Of a DNA stretch of 64,000 nt, positions 11,581-23,526 are shown one piece after another. The translations under genes were made by a program, and so were the position numbers. The stretch is taken from positions 19,147,994 through 19,211,993 of the forward strand of contig NC_068981.1 in assembly GCF_001194135.2 (NCBI RefSeq). The letters run 5' to 3'. The DNA comes from Octopus bimaculoides (Eukaryota). The first letter of the stretch is position 1; each line of letters starts with the position of its first letter. The notes under the pieces were generated by a model. That model saw only the letters and a program-made list of their open reading frames with translations. It was not told the origin of the DNA and did no database searches.

Positions 11581-12143
11581 AGTGGGATTTGAATCTAGTA
11601 CTTAAGCAACTGGAACAAATACCACAAGTCATTTTAACTGATGCTTTTAACGATTCAAATAATTCACTACCTTAATTTTTGAATTATTTGTGTTTTAATA
11701 GTTATACAGTTGTAGATCAAAACCTCTGTCAATATTTCTTAATTGAGCTATTGCTTACTTTTAATAGGTTTTTATTATGGAAATGATATAATAAATAATA
11801 TATTTCTAAGACTTAATGCAGTTTTATCTAATGAATTGCTAGCGTGTTACATCATTTTAATTGCAGGGAGGTTTAGCAACCGTTTGATAAAACGTCTAAT
11901 TACTATCATATGAATATGAATAATTATTTATATGAATATTAATGTTACTAGTTTGTTTGCTATTTCAAATAATTGTGAAAGCTTTGGGGGTTGGAAATCT
12001 TATTGATAGATAATCATGGACAAATAAACAATTATCCACAGTAACAGGGTTCCTTAGATTTAATCAAAACTGTTTACACTCACAAACACGCACACTGACA
12101 CACATATACGAACACATACGTACGCATACGCATGCACACACAC

Positions 12144-12205
<62 letters not shown>

Positions 12206-12479
12206 AAATGCACACATATCTTTCTAATTCACTATTACCCCTCTCTAACATTTTGAATATTTATCGATCTTCGTGTATATAAATATATACATGAGTAGGT
12301 GAACAAACGAAAAGAGACAACACACAACACATCTAGTTGGAATATTAAGTGATTAATGACACGTTCACTCAGCTCCATATTACTTAAAGATTAGTAGACG
12401 CAGTAGACGCCCACATCCACGTATATGTACACATGAATTGAAGAGAATTTTAAAATATTTTGAAATAGCATCTAGATAG

Positions 12480-13100
12480 GAAGATTTGGAGAGTCCGTTG
12501 ATCATTTTCAAGTCACATGGCTACTTTGGATAAGCAACGACAACAGTCGCTGTCATTATATATGCTCCAGGTGGTCGAGCAGACAGTATGTGGGCGTCCG
12601 GTAATCGGTGTTCTGTGGGATTTCACATGTTAGCAACAACAATTACTGGTGGAGCCTGTGGCCAGATAACTTGTTTGGTGTTGTTAAGTTATATATCGGG
12701 ATGTCAAGTATGTCTACTTGGTGTAATTATAGCCGGGTGATAGTTGACCATGATGATAGTAAGCGGAAGGGAAAATAATCTCACTGTAGTCAAACAAGAC
12801 ATATATGCCCTGCTTATATATACCCTATGTAGGCTAAACAGAGTTATGGAAGTATATTGAGGTTATCAGCCTATGGCTTGAAGTTCACAAAGAGGGTGTA
12901 TCTATGCTAAGGACAATAGAAACGGTCAGTTTTTTCCTGTTGATGAATACAGCAGACAACTGTAATATAATCAGCTTCTCAAGGAAGCAGAGCTTGTAAT
13001 TATGAACTCGAGGTGACTGAGGAGGGATCTTATCAAGGATACTTTATCTGATATTGCAGGAGTAGTTTCTTTGTTTTCGAAGTTCCCAGAAGAAAAACAG
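12480..13100 (-). mobile_element. Very decayed LINE AP-endonuclease-like fragment
   Basis: IIIMVNYHPAI resembles IIMGDFNHP.I; otherwise broken. Confidence 0.25.
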
Positions 13101-13164
13101 TGAAGTAAACGTTTTTTTTTCTTTTCCTTGTCTTTGAAAGACTGTATTTATAATTTTAAATTAG

Positions 13165-13465
13165 CATTCCGTCGGTTACAACGACGAGGGTTCCAGTTGA
13201 TCCTATCAATGAAACAACCTGTTCATAGAATTAACGTGAAAGTTGCTGAGTACTCAACAGAACATAATTCTCAAGGACATTTAGCGTGACGCAGAAAGCG
13301 ACAAGACTGGCACTTTGAAATACAAGTATCGCTCATTTTTGTCAGATGAATGGACTGGAGCAACGTAAAATAAAGCGTATTGCTCAAGGACACAACGAAC
13401 CACCCTGTATCGAACGCACGACGTTACGATCGCAAGTCGAATACTCTAACCACTTAGTCACAGGT
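13165..13465 (-). mobile_element. tRNA-derived SINE (head 1 + tail X)
   Basis: Reverse complement has A/B boxes, a tgtccttgagca CORE-like segment, a ctccagtcca.tca.ctg Nin/Deu-like segment and the tail ttaatttc…ctgttcc.ttgatcggatcaactggaaccctcgtcgt. Confidence 0.85.
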
Positions 13466-13971
13466 TTTCACATGTGTAGTATCAATAGTCCCTCGAAAAA
13501 CATTAGCTGTTATACACGAGTAATATCTCGTGATGCTATCGAATGGTGAAAGAGTGATCTTCTAGACTACTACATTTGAGAAGCAGCATTCTTCGAATGA
13601 GCAGTTAGCAGGATTTCACTATTAAACGGTTATGGTGTGGGATGAATACTGAGTGGGGTGAATGTCTGCTTCTGTTGTAGTGTGCAATACTGAAAGCAAT
13701 ATCATCTAGGCATGAGTAGCTAATCTTGACATTATTGGCAATTAAAAATTGAATATATCTAGGGATTCTTAGGAAATGCTGTCTAATTAGCGTCAGAAAT
13801 CTTGTGATTACATCAGTAGAAACAGCTAAACTTCATGGAGTATTATACGAATAAAAAACAGGCATACAGTCACACACACACATACATACATGCATACATA
13901 CAAATGTAGGTATGTATGTGTATACTACATATATATGTATATGTATATATATACATACATATATATATATA

Positions 13972-14005
<34 letters not shown>

Positions 14006-14373
14006 NNNNNNNNNNNNNNNNNNNNNNNNNNNNNNNNNNNNNNNNNNNNNNNNNNNNNNNNNNNNNNNNNNNNNNNNNNNNNNNNNNNNNNNNNNNNNNN
14101 NNNNNNNNNNNNNNNNNNNNNNNNNNNNNNNNNNNNNNNNNNNNNNNNNNNNNNNNNNNNNNNNNNNNNNNNNNNNNNNNNNNNNNNNNNNNNNNNNNNN
14201 NNNNNNNNNNNNNNNNNNNNNNNNNNNNNNNNNNNNNNNNNNNNNNNNNNNNNNNNNNNNNNNNNNNNNNNNNNNNNNNNNNNNNNNNNNNNNNNNNNNN
14301 NNNNNNNNNNNNNNNNNNNNNNNNNNNNNNNNNNNNNNNNNNNNNNNNNNNNNNNNNNNNNNNNNNNNNNNNN

Positions 14374-14426
<53 letters not shown>

Positions 14427-14427
14427 A

Positions 14428-14690
14428 GGTTGCCAAAACGCAGACCAATCTGGAAAAGAAGGAGTTGGAAACTGAAGAAACCTTCACATGGTCAGAGATT
14501 TAGGGATATCCTTATCGAGACATTTGATGATAGGGAGGAGGAGCTACAGTCCTATGACATAGAAGGCAGCCGGGAATTCCTACGAGACAGCTTGCTGAGT
14601 GCTACAGACCAAATCTGTGGCTGGTGCAATGTCCCTTCCAGACCTATGATAACATGGTGTTGGAACAATATTTTCATCAGGGGGCGTATG
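14428..14690 (+). mobile_element. RTE LINE fragment (endonuclease-RT linker)
   Basis: RRPIWKRRSWKLKKPSHGQRFRDILIE…FLRDSLLSATDQICGW…PSRPMITWCWNN resembles the RTE linker (TWWWN). Confidence 0.75.
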
Positions 14691-14880
14691 ATTATTAAGA
14701 GGAAGTCGGAGATCTGGTAGTTGTTGGCAACATTGGCTTCGCAGACCAGTCTCGTCGGTGGTCCTGTCACTAGGCCGGTGAACATATTATGGTCCTTGCG
14801 CAGTTCGTACAGTTCCGGGATGTCGTTGTTGGTGGCCTGGAAGTTGTTGACCGTGCGCTTCTTTGCCCCTAGCATGTTTG
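14660..14880 (-). mobile_element. Penelope-like RT N-terminal fragment
   Basis: IPELYELRKDHN…GPPTRLVCEANVANNYQISDFLLIIIRPL matches P.(L/F)Y.LPKiHK…P.RPIVS…Y.lS.FL..IL.PL. Confidence 0.7.
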
Positions 14881-14911
14881 ACCACATCATCATATATATG
14901 CGGGAGTGCCA

Positions 14912-15300
14912 TGATAGTAGTAGGGTGTTAAATGGTCAAGTGCTCTGAAAGTGACTTGTTGTGGATGGTAGTAGTGATTGAATTCTTGAGACAACTCTTT
15001 TGAATGTATTGCTTATAATATTTGCGTAGGTGTTATTCTAAACAGCAATAGTAGTAAAGTAAGGAAGGACGTGGCGGAGAGGAAGAAGACGAAGAAGAAG
15101 AACGGGAAAGAGAAGGGAGAATAATAAAGGAATGTTGGTGATATGATAGTAGTAGGATGTTCAATGGTCAAGTGACCTAAATGTGGCTCGTTGTGGATTA
15201 TAGCAGTGATTGGGACTGTTTTATATTGAATTCTTGTGTATCTCTTGAATGTACCCTTTTTAATATTCGCGTGTGCGTTTGTGTTATTCTAAGGCCGTGG
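14912..15300 (-). repeat. Two diverged tandem copies of a PLE-associated terminal repeat (pLTR-like)
   Basis: gatagtagtagg.tgtt.aatggtcaagtg…gttgtggat…gtgttattctaa occurs at about 14912-15045 and about 15145-15295, between PLE GIY-YIG and PLE RT fragments. Confidence 0.55.
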
Positions 15301-15429
15301 TGGATATGTCATTTGTTGTAGATGCATTCAAAAGGGGTTTGTATTTTGTAATAAAGAGAGTCTCATTACTAATTCATTGGCTACAGGTTGTATCGTCCCT
15401 GAATTGGTAGGTGGGGGGGGGAATTCTGA

Positions 15430-15720
15430 AGCTTAGATTTTTGTTATTGGCGCAAATGTCGATGTGTTGGCTGAATGCTATTTTTCTGTTTTGGGGAATT
15501 TTGACCTGGGATCTGTGCAGAACCATCCTTTGATGTAGAGTTTTTTGTTTGGCCTACGTATTGCTCTTGACACCCAGAGCAGGTTGGTGCGTATATCAGG
15601 TTCTCCGAAGCACATCTGAAGCTGCTTTTCACTGTGAAACGTTGTCCTGTTTGAAGGAGAACTCTGATCCCTCAATTAAATTGACGCATATCCCACAGTT
15701 GGGTATTCCGCATTTTTTTA
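15430..15720 (-). mobile_element. PLE GIY-YIG endonuclease fragment with upstream Cys linker
   Basis: [17 protein letters not shown]…FRCASENLIYAPTCSGCQEQYVGQT…(R)MVLHRSQ…FSQHIDIC. Confidence 0.85.
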
Positions 15721-15721
15721 C

Positions 15722-15790
15722 ACGGAGTGGGATTGAACCCAGAACCAAGGGGTTGTGAAGCAACCTTCTTACCACAGCCACACCTACACC
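15722..15790 (-). mobile_element. Isolated tRNA-derived SINE head
   Basis: Reverse complement gtaggtgtggctgtggtaagaaggttgcttcacaaccccttggttctgggttcaatcccact (A box, B box). Confidence 0.7.
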
Positions 15791-15807
15791 TATATATAAA
15801 TATATAT

Positions 15808-15873
<66 letters not shown>

Positions 15874-16033
15874 ATATATACATATATATACACATATATA
15901 CATACATATATATACATATATATATACATATATATACACATATATATATATCCATATATATACATATCCATATACATACATATCCATATATATACATATC
16001 GATATATATACATATATATATATGCATATTTCT

Positions 16034-16069
<36 letters not shown>

Positions 16070-16084
16070 TGTTGTTGTTGTTGT

Positions 16085-16242
16085 TGTTGTTTGCACTCCA
16101 TCGCTTATGACGTCAAGGGTTCCAGTTGATCTGATCAACGGAACAGCCTGCTCATGAAATTAACGTGCAAGTGGCTGAGCACTCCACAGACACGTGTACC
16201 CTTAACGTAGTTCTCGGGGATATTCAGCGTGACACAGTGTGA
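16085..16242 (-). mobile_element. SINE tail X, truncated by gap
   Basis: gcttatgacgtcaagggttccagttgatc…gacacgtgtacccttaacgtagttctcgggg shared with the 13165, 35380, 50325 and 60757 copies. Confidence 0.85.
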
Positions 16243-16504
16243 NNNNNNNNNNNNNNNNNNNNNNNNNNNNNNNNNNNNNNNNNNNNNNNNNNNNNNNNNN
16301 NNNNNNNNNNNNNNNNNNNNNNNNNNNNNNNNNNNNNNNNNNNNNNNNNNNNNNNNNNNNNNNNNNNNNNNNNNNNNNNNNNNNNNNNNNNNNNNNNNNN
16401 NNNNNNNNNNNNNNNNNNNNNNNNNNNNNNNNNNNNNNNNNNNNNNNNNNNNNNNNNNNNNNNNNNNNNNNNNNNNNNNNNNNNNNNNNNNNNNNNNNNN
16501 NNNN

Positions 16505-16541
<37 letters not shown>

Positions 16542-16587
16542 CACACACGCACACACATATATATATATGTACATGTATGAATGGATG

Positions 16588-16623
<36 letters not shown>

Positions 16624-16751
16624 TTATGTATATATATATATATGCATGTATGTATGGGTTTTGAGTTCGACCATAATTAATGTATCACTGCAAGTGTATA
16701 CTTATAACAGGTTTGAAAGCAGGTGACTACTTAACTCTGATTTTGTTTTAG

Positions 16752-16884
16752 AATTTTTATGGCAAATGCAGAACGTGAATTTGTCAAGAATCACACCAAC
16801 AGCACCTCCATCCTTGTCCATTTATCCAAAACAGATTTTCAGGTTGACAGTAAATGAGTTCACTGTTGGAGCAGCAAAATTATG
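16752..16884 (+). CDS. Candidate internal exon of an unidentified host gene
   Basis: Acceptor tctgattttgttttag|; two open readings (IFMANAEREFVKNHTNSTSILVHLSKTDFQVD with donor gtaaat at 16850, or FLWQMQNVNLSRITPTAPPSLSIYPKQIFRLTVNEFTVGAAKL with donor gtgagg at 16885); not recognisably repeat-derived. Confidence 0.3.
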
Positions 16885-17098
16885 GTGAGGCTGTTGCAGT
16901 GGTTGTCATTTAAGCAGCCATTGTTAGACAGCACTGATAAGATTTTCTTTGAATTTTCTGTCATTTATAACTTCAACAGTCTTTATATTCATTGTTTGGT
17001 GGAAAAGTCTATTTTTGCCAAACTGCAGACTGTTCTTCCTATTTATTGACCACCATTCTCTTCTTTTTGGTGCAAGATGTTTTGAAGTAAAAGTGATG

Positions 17099-17318
17099 TA
17101 CAAGGGAGTGCTGAAAGTTCCTGCTTTTAAGGGTATCGTAAAACACCTGACTAGAGGTCCAGATTTCAGAGTACTTTTACAAGGCTTCGAAAAACTGAAG
17201 GACCACTACAATAAATGCGTGAATCTAAGAGGGAAATAGGTGGAATAAAATCATAGTTAACTGATCCTCCTGTATTTTCTTTTACCCAAAGTCAGGATCT
17301 ATTTGACACCCTCTTGAA
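17099..17318 (+). mobile_element. Internally deleted mini-mariner (about 220 bp)
   Basis: Imperfect TIRs ta-caagggagtgctgaaagttcctg…ggtatcgtaaaa and ttttcttttacccaaagtcaggatctatttgacaccctcttg; retains transposase end GFEKLKDHYNKCVNLRGK*VE. Confidence 0.7.
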
Positions 17319-17599
17319 CAAGGATTTACGGTTGTTTATTTTATCATGTTACCACTTTTTTAATGATGGAACTCCTTTCTTAGTTTGTGCTAAATACACT
17401 GAAAGCATGAACTCATGATACTGGAAGCTGGATGGTATTTCTTCCACCTACATATTTTTTCTTTATAGAAATTAATATTTTTCTTATTGATAGACAAAAT
17501 GTATACAAATGATTTTATATATCTCAATTATATTGACTTATTTTTGGATCCTTTCTGCTCTTGTGAACACAGTTTTTCTTTCATCAGAAAGTTATACAA

Positions 17600-17810
17600 T
17601 GCATCTTCTATGATGCTTGTTAGCAATTTCCAAAGCAATGGTAAGCATATAATACACCTATAATTATTATCCTCCTTCTCTTTTCTTTATCCTTCTGTAT
17701 TAGCACTGTCTTTCTTTTAGTCAGCCATATTAGTGTTCTATTCTCTACACAGTCAGTAAGAAATAGTTGTATACAACTGTGCATGTCTGTGAGATATCTA
17801 AACAAGAATT
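17600..17810 (-). mobile_element. R4/Dong-like non-LTR RT fragment
   Basis: LIWLTKRKTVLIQKDKEK…(NYR)…C resembles W.t.GrT.LI.Kd..kg…NYRPI.CL. Confidence 0.55.
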
Positions 17811-18242
17811 CCCATGAACACCAGTGAATGCAGAAGCTTCCAGTTTGTTATCTTTTTAAGCATCTTTTTCACTTTCACATCTTTAATATTCATATTCTCT
17901 TGTCTTCACATATTTTCAATTTCACATTTAAATTCCTGTAACCAGCCATCTTACATTGTTGCATTGATACTCCTTGCTCCAAATATTAGACCAAAAAATT
18001 CTTACTGCTTCAATATTTGCTGTCATCCTCCTTATGCTCATTGTTCAGCTGTTCATAGAATTTTGTCTCATTCTTTGTGAAGAGCCAGCGCTTCCTGTAC
18101 TAATTGACTGGTATCTAGTTTTTACCTGACTTTGATTTAATCTTTTTCTTTTTTGCTATTTTTTAATAATTTGTTATTCGAACTTTGTAGTGTCAGAGTA
18201 GATAGATTACATTGACAGCAAGAAAACAACTGAATTAACAAC

Positions 18243-19135
18243 ATATTGGAAAGACTGTGCTGGTATGGTCATGTGGCAAGAATGGATGAGGGTGGCTGTG
18301 TGAAAAAGTGCCACACCCTAGTGGTTGAGGGAACTTGTGGAAGAGGTAGACCCAGGAAGACCTGGGATGAGGTGGTGAAGCACGACCTTCGAACATTAGG
18401 CCTCACTGAGGCAATGGCTAGTGACCGAAACCTTTGGAAATATGTTGTGCTTGAGAAGACCTGGCAAGCCAAGTGAGACCATAACCCATGGCCCGTGCCA
18501 GGGGTGTAGCCAGCCCACTTATGCGTACCTTTCTTTCATTGGACACTAAACTCTGCTTGTGAAGACCTGTTGAGGCAAGTGAAATAAAAATCGAAATCAA
18601 ATTCGATGTCTGGCATCCATGCTAGTGGAGTGCTATGAGTACTATCCGAGCACGATTGTTGCTAGAGCAACCGACTGGCTTCCATGCCAGTGGCATGTAA
18701 AAAGTGCCATTTGAGTGTGATTGTTGCCAGTGTCACCTTACTGGCACTTGTGGCGGTGGCACATGAAAAATATTTGAGCGAGGTTGTTGCCAGTGCTGCT
18801 GGACTAGTTCCTGTGCAAGTAGCACGTAAAAAACACCATTTGAGTATGGCCGTTGCCAGTACCACCTGACTGGCCCTCATGCCGGTGGCATGTAAAAGCA
18901 CCCACTACAATCTTGGAGTGGTTGGCGTTAGGAATGGCATCCAGCTGTAGAAACTCTGCCAGATCAGAGTGGAGCCTGGTGCAACCATCTGGTTCACCAG
19001 TCCTCAGTCAAATTGTCCAAACCGTGCTAGCATGGAAAGTGGACATTAAATGATGATGATGATGAGGATGATGATGATGATGAGGATGATGATGATGATG
19101 AGGATGATGATGATGATGAGGATGATGATGATGAT
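18243..19135 (+). mobile_element. RTE LINE 3' end: ORF terminus, 3'UTR with internal tandem units and (GAT)n tail
   Basis: RLCWYGHVARMDEGGCVKKCHTLVVEGTCGRGRPRKTWDEVVKHDLRTLGLTEAMASDRNLW…; UTR ends ttggcgttaggaa.ggcatccagctgtagaaac…gcatggaaagtggacattaaatgatgat. Confidence 0.9.
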
Positions 19136-19399
19136 GGAAAGAATGAAAGAAAAACATTTAAAAGTCAAAAAGGTCAAATTATAGAGAAAAATAGCCCATA
19201 ATTACCTCACCAAGGAAACAAAGAAAAACAGAGGGATTAAGCAGCAGAAGATGGGAGCGAGAGAGTAAGTGATTATACACCCCAGAATAAATGGTGTGTT
19301 TAGCCATGCCTTGTGGATATGACTGCAAATGTGTTGCTGCAGAGAATGGCTGATAATACATGCAGCTGCAGCTATCCTACCTCATGGGGCTTATTTCGC

Positions 19400-19800
19400 A
19401 GACAGGCCACATTTATTCTGATTTTGCAGAGGAAATCAGCAGCATGGGATTCAAGAACAAGCTGAAGTCACAAATGGTGACTGCGCAAATTGATAGCAGT
19501 TTTTTCTCGTATGCATTATGGATGGCAACATCCAAGTTTGTGGTTGATACAGCAATGTTGGAACCGGAGAATGTTTCACAGCACATTGAAACCCAGATTA
19601 GGGATCTGCCTCTCTCATATGGGAAGAGGTATGGCACCCATCCCCGCGGCAAAGACTTATTCGCTTCAGTTGTGACGGGAAGCCAGCTGCATCATGGTCC
19701 AATATAATTATGTCATTGAAAGCAGTGTGTCGAGAGACCCAACCCATGCTATGGCTACAAAATGATCTTCCTATTCTTAATTCAGCATGCTTCAAAATCT
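19400..19800 (-). mobile_element. CRE-clade (restriction-like endonuclease) non-LTR retrotransposon fragment
   Basis: HSMGWVSRHTAFNDII…AGFPSQLK…CRGDG then, in a shifted frame, …FPYERGRSLIWVSMCCETFSGSN…AYEKK resemble RH..lNDii…EP.gL.R.DGkRPDG…PW..GrsL.WD.T..dT.A.S…K..KY. Confidence 0.7.
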
Positions 19801-21384
19801 TTTCTACTTCATTGTAATATTCTTGTCTGAAGGAATAGCTAGTTATGAAGCATTGTCTCTTTCTTTTAAATTATTTGTAATGATATCTGGCGCCAGTGAA
19901 AATCGTTCTCTCCTAATGTCAAAACCTTGAGGGTTTACTAAATTCATTACTTTTCTCCTACATGATTATTCCACTTATCTGATGTGTTGTATCTCTGTCA
20001 CAACAAATAAATCATTACCATTAATATCTTTGATGGTGAGAGGTTTGACAAAAATACTAGTGTCACGATACATAAATGTCTTATATTTTACAGCTATCTC
20101 CTCTTGTTTTTTCACTCTAAATGAAGAATCTGCCATGGTCAAGCATGCTTTTCATCACTCTGGATCAATAAAATAAGTACCCATGATACATAAAGCCTAA
20201 TTTTATCCATCTATCTTCTTGCCCAGATATGATACCTGGTCAAAAGTAACCCTAATTGTTACGGATTTAAATAACATTAATGCTGATGTTTTGTTAGAAT
20301 ACCAAATACAGCGGTATTCCCCTTGGGAGGTCTTCTTATATAAGCACAGGGTACATAAAAGCATGGACATCTATCATAGTAGATGAGAATCTTTCTGTTA
20401 TGGAAACCAGAACTGCCAGATCATGTGATTTCAGTCTACTGAATTTCCTCAGTGGCAGGCATCTGGTGACCATATACCAACCAAATGTCACTGCCATAAC
20501 ATATAGACATTGCAAATAACCAGCAGACTTATTTTTAAAAAAAACTAACATTAGTGATAGAATCAGTATTAATATCAAAAGACAATCTTTATATTGAACT
20601 TAACATGGCTGGCTTGTTAGAATGCCAAATTCTGTAGTATTAGCCTTGAGTACTCCTCATATAGACACAGTTGGAATGTAATATGTTATTTGAGAGCATA
20701 CTATTAGCTATAATTAGGTTTCTCGTGGTTGCAGCAATATTAAAGTGTGGCTTAATAAACGCCTTATGTTCAGGTCTTACTACAAGAAATTGAGACATTC
20801 TTTTTGGCAAAGACTATAATTCTGCTTGCTGTTGTTTGCTAGATTGAAACACCTAAACAAGAACTTTCTCTTGTTTTTTTTTTTTTACTTTACAAAAGAA
20901 TGGGTCAATGAGAAAGGGAGAAACACTGACTCTGTTTTTCCGCCACCTGCAAGTAATACCAGTCAATTTTCTCTCAAACTGCATGCTATTATCTTGAAAC
21001 ACATAAAGGCAGTGAGCGAGTGGGAATCCTCAAAAGGTTGGACAAAATGCTCATCACCATTTCTCCTAGTACTTTACATTTGAAGTTCAAATTCCATCCT
21101 TTCAGGGCTTGATAAGATAAAGTAACAGTTGGACAATGGCATCGATTTAATCGTCTAATACCTACCCTAAAAACTGCTGGCTTGGTGCCAAAATTAGAAA
21201 AGGATTAGAAACCATTATCTTGGAACACATTGTATACTGTGTGATTACATTTTACATGTGTCTATCAAGGAATACATCATCATCATCATTGCCATCATCA
21301 TAGCCATATGCAACACTCCGTCCCTTTTCCAACTTCCTCATCATCATCATCACCAACACCACCACCACTACCACCACGTGAAAT

Positions 21385-21692
21385 GACATTCGAGAGAGGT
21401 CGTTGCCAGTGCCGCTGGACTGGCTCCTGTGCAGGTGGCACATAAAATACACCATTTTGAGCGTGGCCGTTGCCAGTACAACCTGACTGACCTTCGTGCC
21501 GGTGGCACGTAAAAGCACCTACTACACTTTCAGAGTGGTTGGCATTAAGAAGGGCATCCAGCTGTAGAAACTCTGCCAAATTAGACTGGAGCCTGGTGTT
21601 GCCATCCGGTTTCACCAGTCCTCAGTCAAATCGTCCAACCCATGCTAGCATGGAAAGCAGACGCTAAACGATGATGATGATGATGATGATGA
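21385..21692 (+). mobile_element. RTE-3'UTR-type repeat copy with (GAT)n tail
   Basis: High similarity to 18690-19050, 24900-25230 and 63715-64000. Confidence 0.85.
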
Positions 21693-21759
21693 CATGTGTA
21701 CATATCAAGAATCTTGCATATCTTAAATGAGTTTTAAAAAAAGTAGAAAAACACCATGA

Positions 21760-21965
21760 GTGGCAGTTAAAGGTGGCAAGCAGGCAGAATTGTTAGCATG
21801 CCAGGCAAAACACTTAACAGCATTTCGTCTGTCTTTATGTTCTGAGATCAAATTCCGCCGATGTTGACTTTGTCTTTCATCCTTTCGGGGTTGATGAAGT
21901 AAGTACCAGTTGAGCACTGGGGTTGATGTAATTGGCTTAACCCCTCCCCTGAATTGTGCCAAAAA
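21760..21965 (+). mobile_element. Meta-domain-like tRNA SINE
   Basis: ggtggcaagcaggcagaattgttagc head; gactttgtctttcatcctttcggggttgatgaagtaagtaccag core. Confidence 0.8.
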
Positions 21966-22531
21966 GTGCAACCAATCTGAGTGGCAGCTAAAAGAGTATC
22001 ATGAAGCTATGATCACTGATGTTTCATGTTGTGGTTCGTTATATAACCCTAATTCAACCCTGTTTGAGCAGATCTAAAATCTAAGACAGTTCTTTTATGA
22101 CCTTCCTGTCATTTAAGGGTAAGCATTGAATAGTCTAAAGGATTTTTTTTTGCCTTTTCAAAACAGCATTTTGCACTTCTCTAAAACAGCTCAGTGATTT
22201 GAGGAGCACCTGGTTGCTCTTTCTAGCAGATTGAGTGACCGACCCCTCAGTGGTTTCGTTATTGGCTCAAGACATTCCATGTTCTTGAATTATGTTACCA
22301 TTTACTATTATTTTTGCTCAATGAAGTAGATTATTATTATTTTCTTTTTGTTTTTGAATTCCAACTCAGTTTTGTCAGTGTCTGGGGAATTTGCAGGGGA
22401 ACCAATTTATGAGCTAATTAAGTTCACAATTTATATAGAAATTCAAATCTTGTATGTAATAAACTAGTCTTCTCATTTCTATCTCTGCTGTTTTTCTCAC
22501 TTCACTCTGTCTCTCTTTTGTCTGTCTTCTA

Positions 22532-22583
<52 letters not shown>

Positions 22584-23169
22584 TCTCTTTCCTTCTCCTT
22601 TTCCCACACACATACACATGCTCACTCTCTCTTTCATTCTCCTCTTCATCCATCTCTCCCCATGATTCAAGTTACACATCCAACTGTTTGAATTCAAATT
22701 CTTCTCCCTTCAGCACACGCTGCCCTTTACAAATACACAATAAATCTCTGCCAATTTTACTTTCAATTATGCCAAACCCGGGAGCCGCAAACTTTGGTCA
22801 ACTACCAGAATATTAGTCATATCTGCAGGACTCAACAGATGTGTGAATAAATGCTCAACTCCATTTAACTAAAATTTCACTCTTGTCTTAAGTTAGTTTT
22901 TTCCAGATCTAATTTTTGGATTTCTAGATGAAGAGCAGTGACTGAAAAGACTGAACATTGTCAGATGACATTAAGTTAGATCTTGAGTTCCAATCCCAAC
23001 AGAATCAACTTCATCTTTCATCCTGCCAGTGATGATATTGTCTTTACATGTCCAAGTGTACCTGAACATGTTAAATATGATTGTACATACCTACATTTCA
23101 TTCAGCACTGCTTAGGGTACCTCTAATTAATTCCATCTTGACAAAACTTTTTACAATTTAGCAAATGTA

Positions 23170-23515
23170 TCTCTTTTTTTGTTTCTTTTTCTTGTTTCAG
23201 TCATTTGACTGTAGCCATGCTGGAGCACCGCTTTTAGTCGAGCAATTCGACCCCAGGACTTATTCTTTATAAGCCTAGTACTTATTCTATTGGTCTCTTT
23301 TGCCGAACCGCTAAGTTGCAGGGACGTAAACACACCAGCATTGGGTGTCAAGCGATGTTGTGGGGGACAAACATAGACACACAAGCACACACACATATAC
23401 ATATATACATATACATATATACGACAGGCTTCCTTCAGTTTCCATCTACCAAATCCACTCACAAGGCTTTGGTCGGCCTGAGGCTATAGTAGAAGACACT
23501 TTCCCAAGGCAAAGT
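23170..23515 (-). mobile_element. Bipartite CORE-like SINE with internal (TA/TG)n (family A)
   Basis: Reverse complement of the 26780-27190 copy: accaaagccttgtgagtggatttggtagat.gaaactgaa…gaataagtcctggggtcga…ggtgctccagcatggc. Confidence 0.9.
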
Positions 23516-23526
23516 TCTGTAATGCC

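Noticed and set aside
19360-19707. 115-aa + strand ORF
   Set aside because: Antisense shadow of the CRE-like endonuclease fragment.
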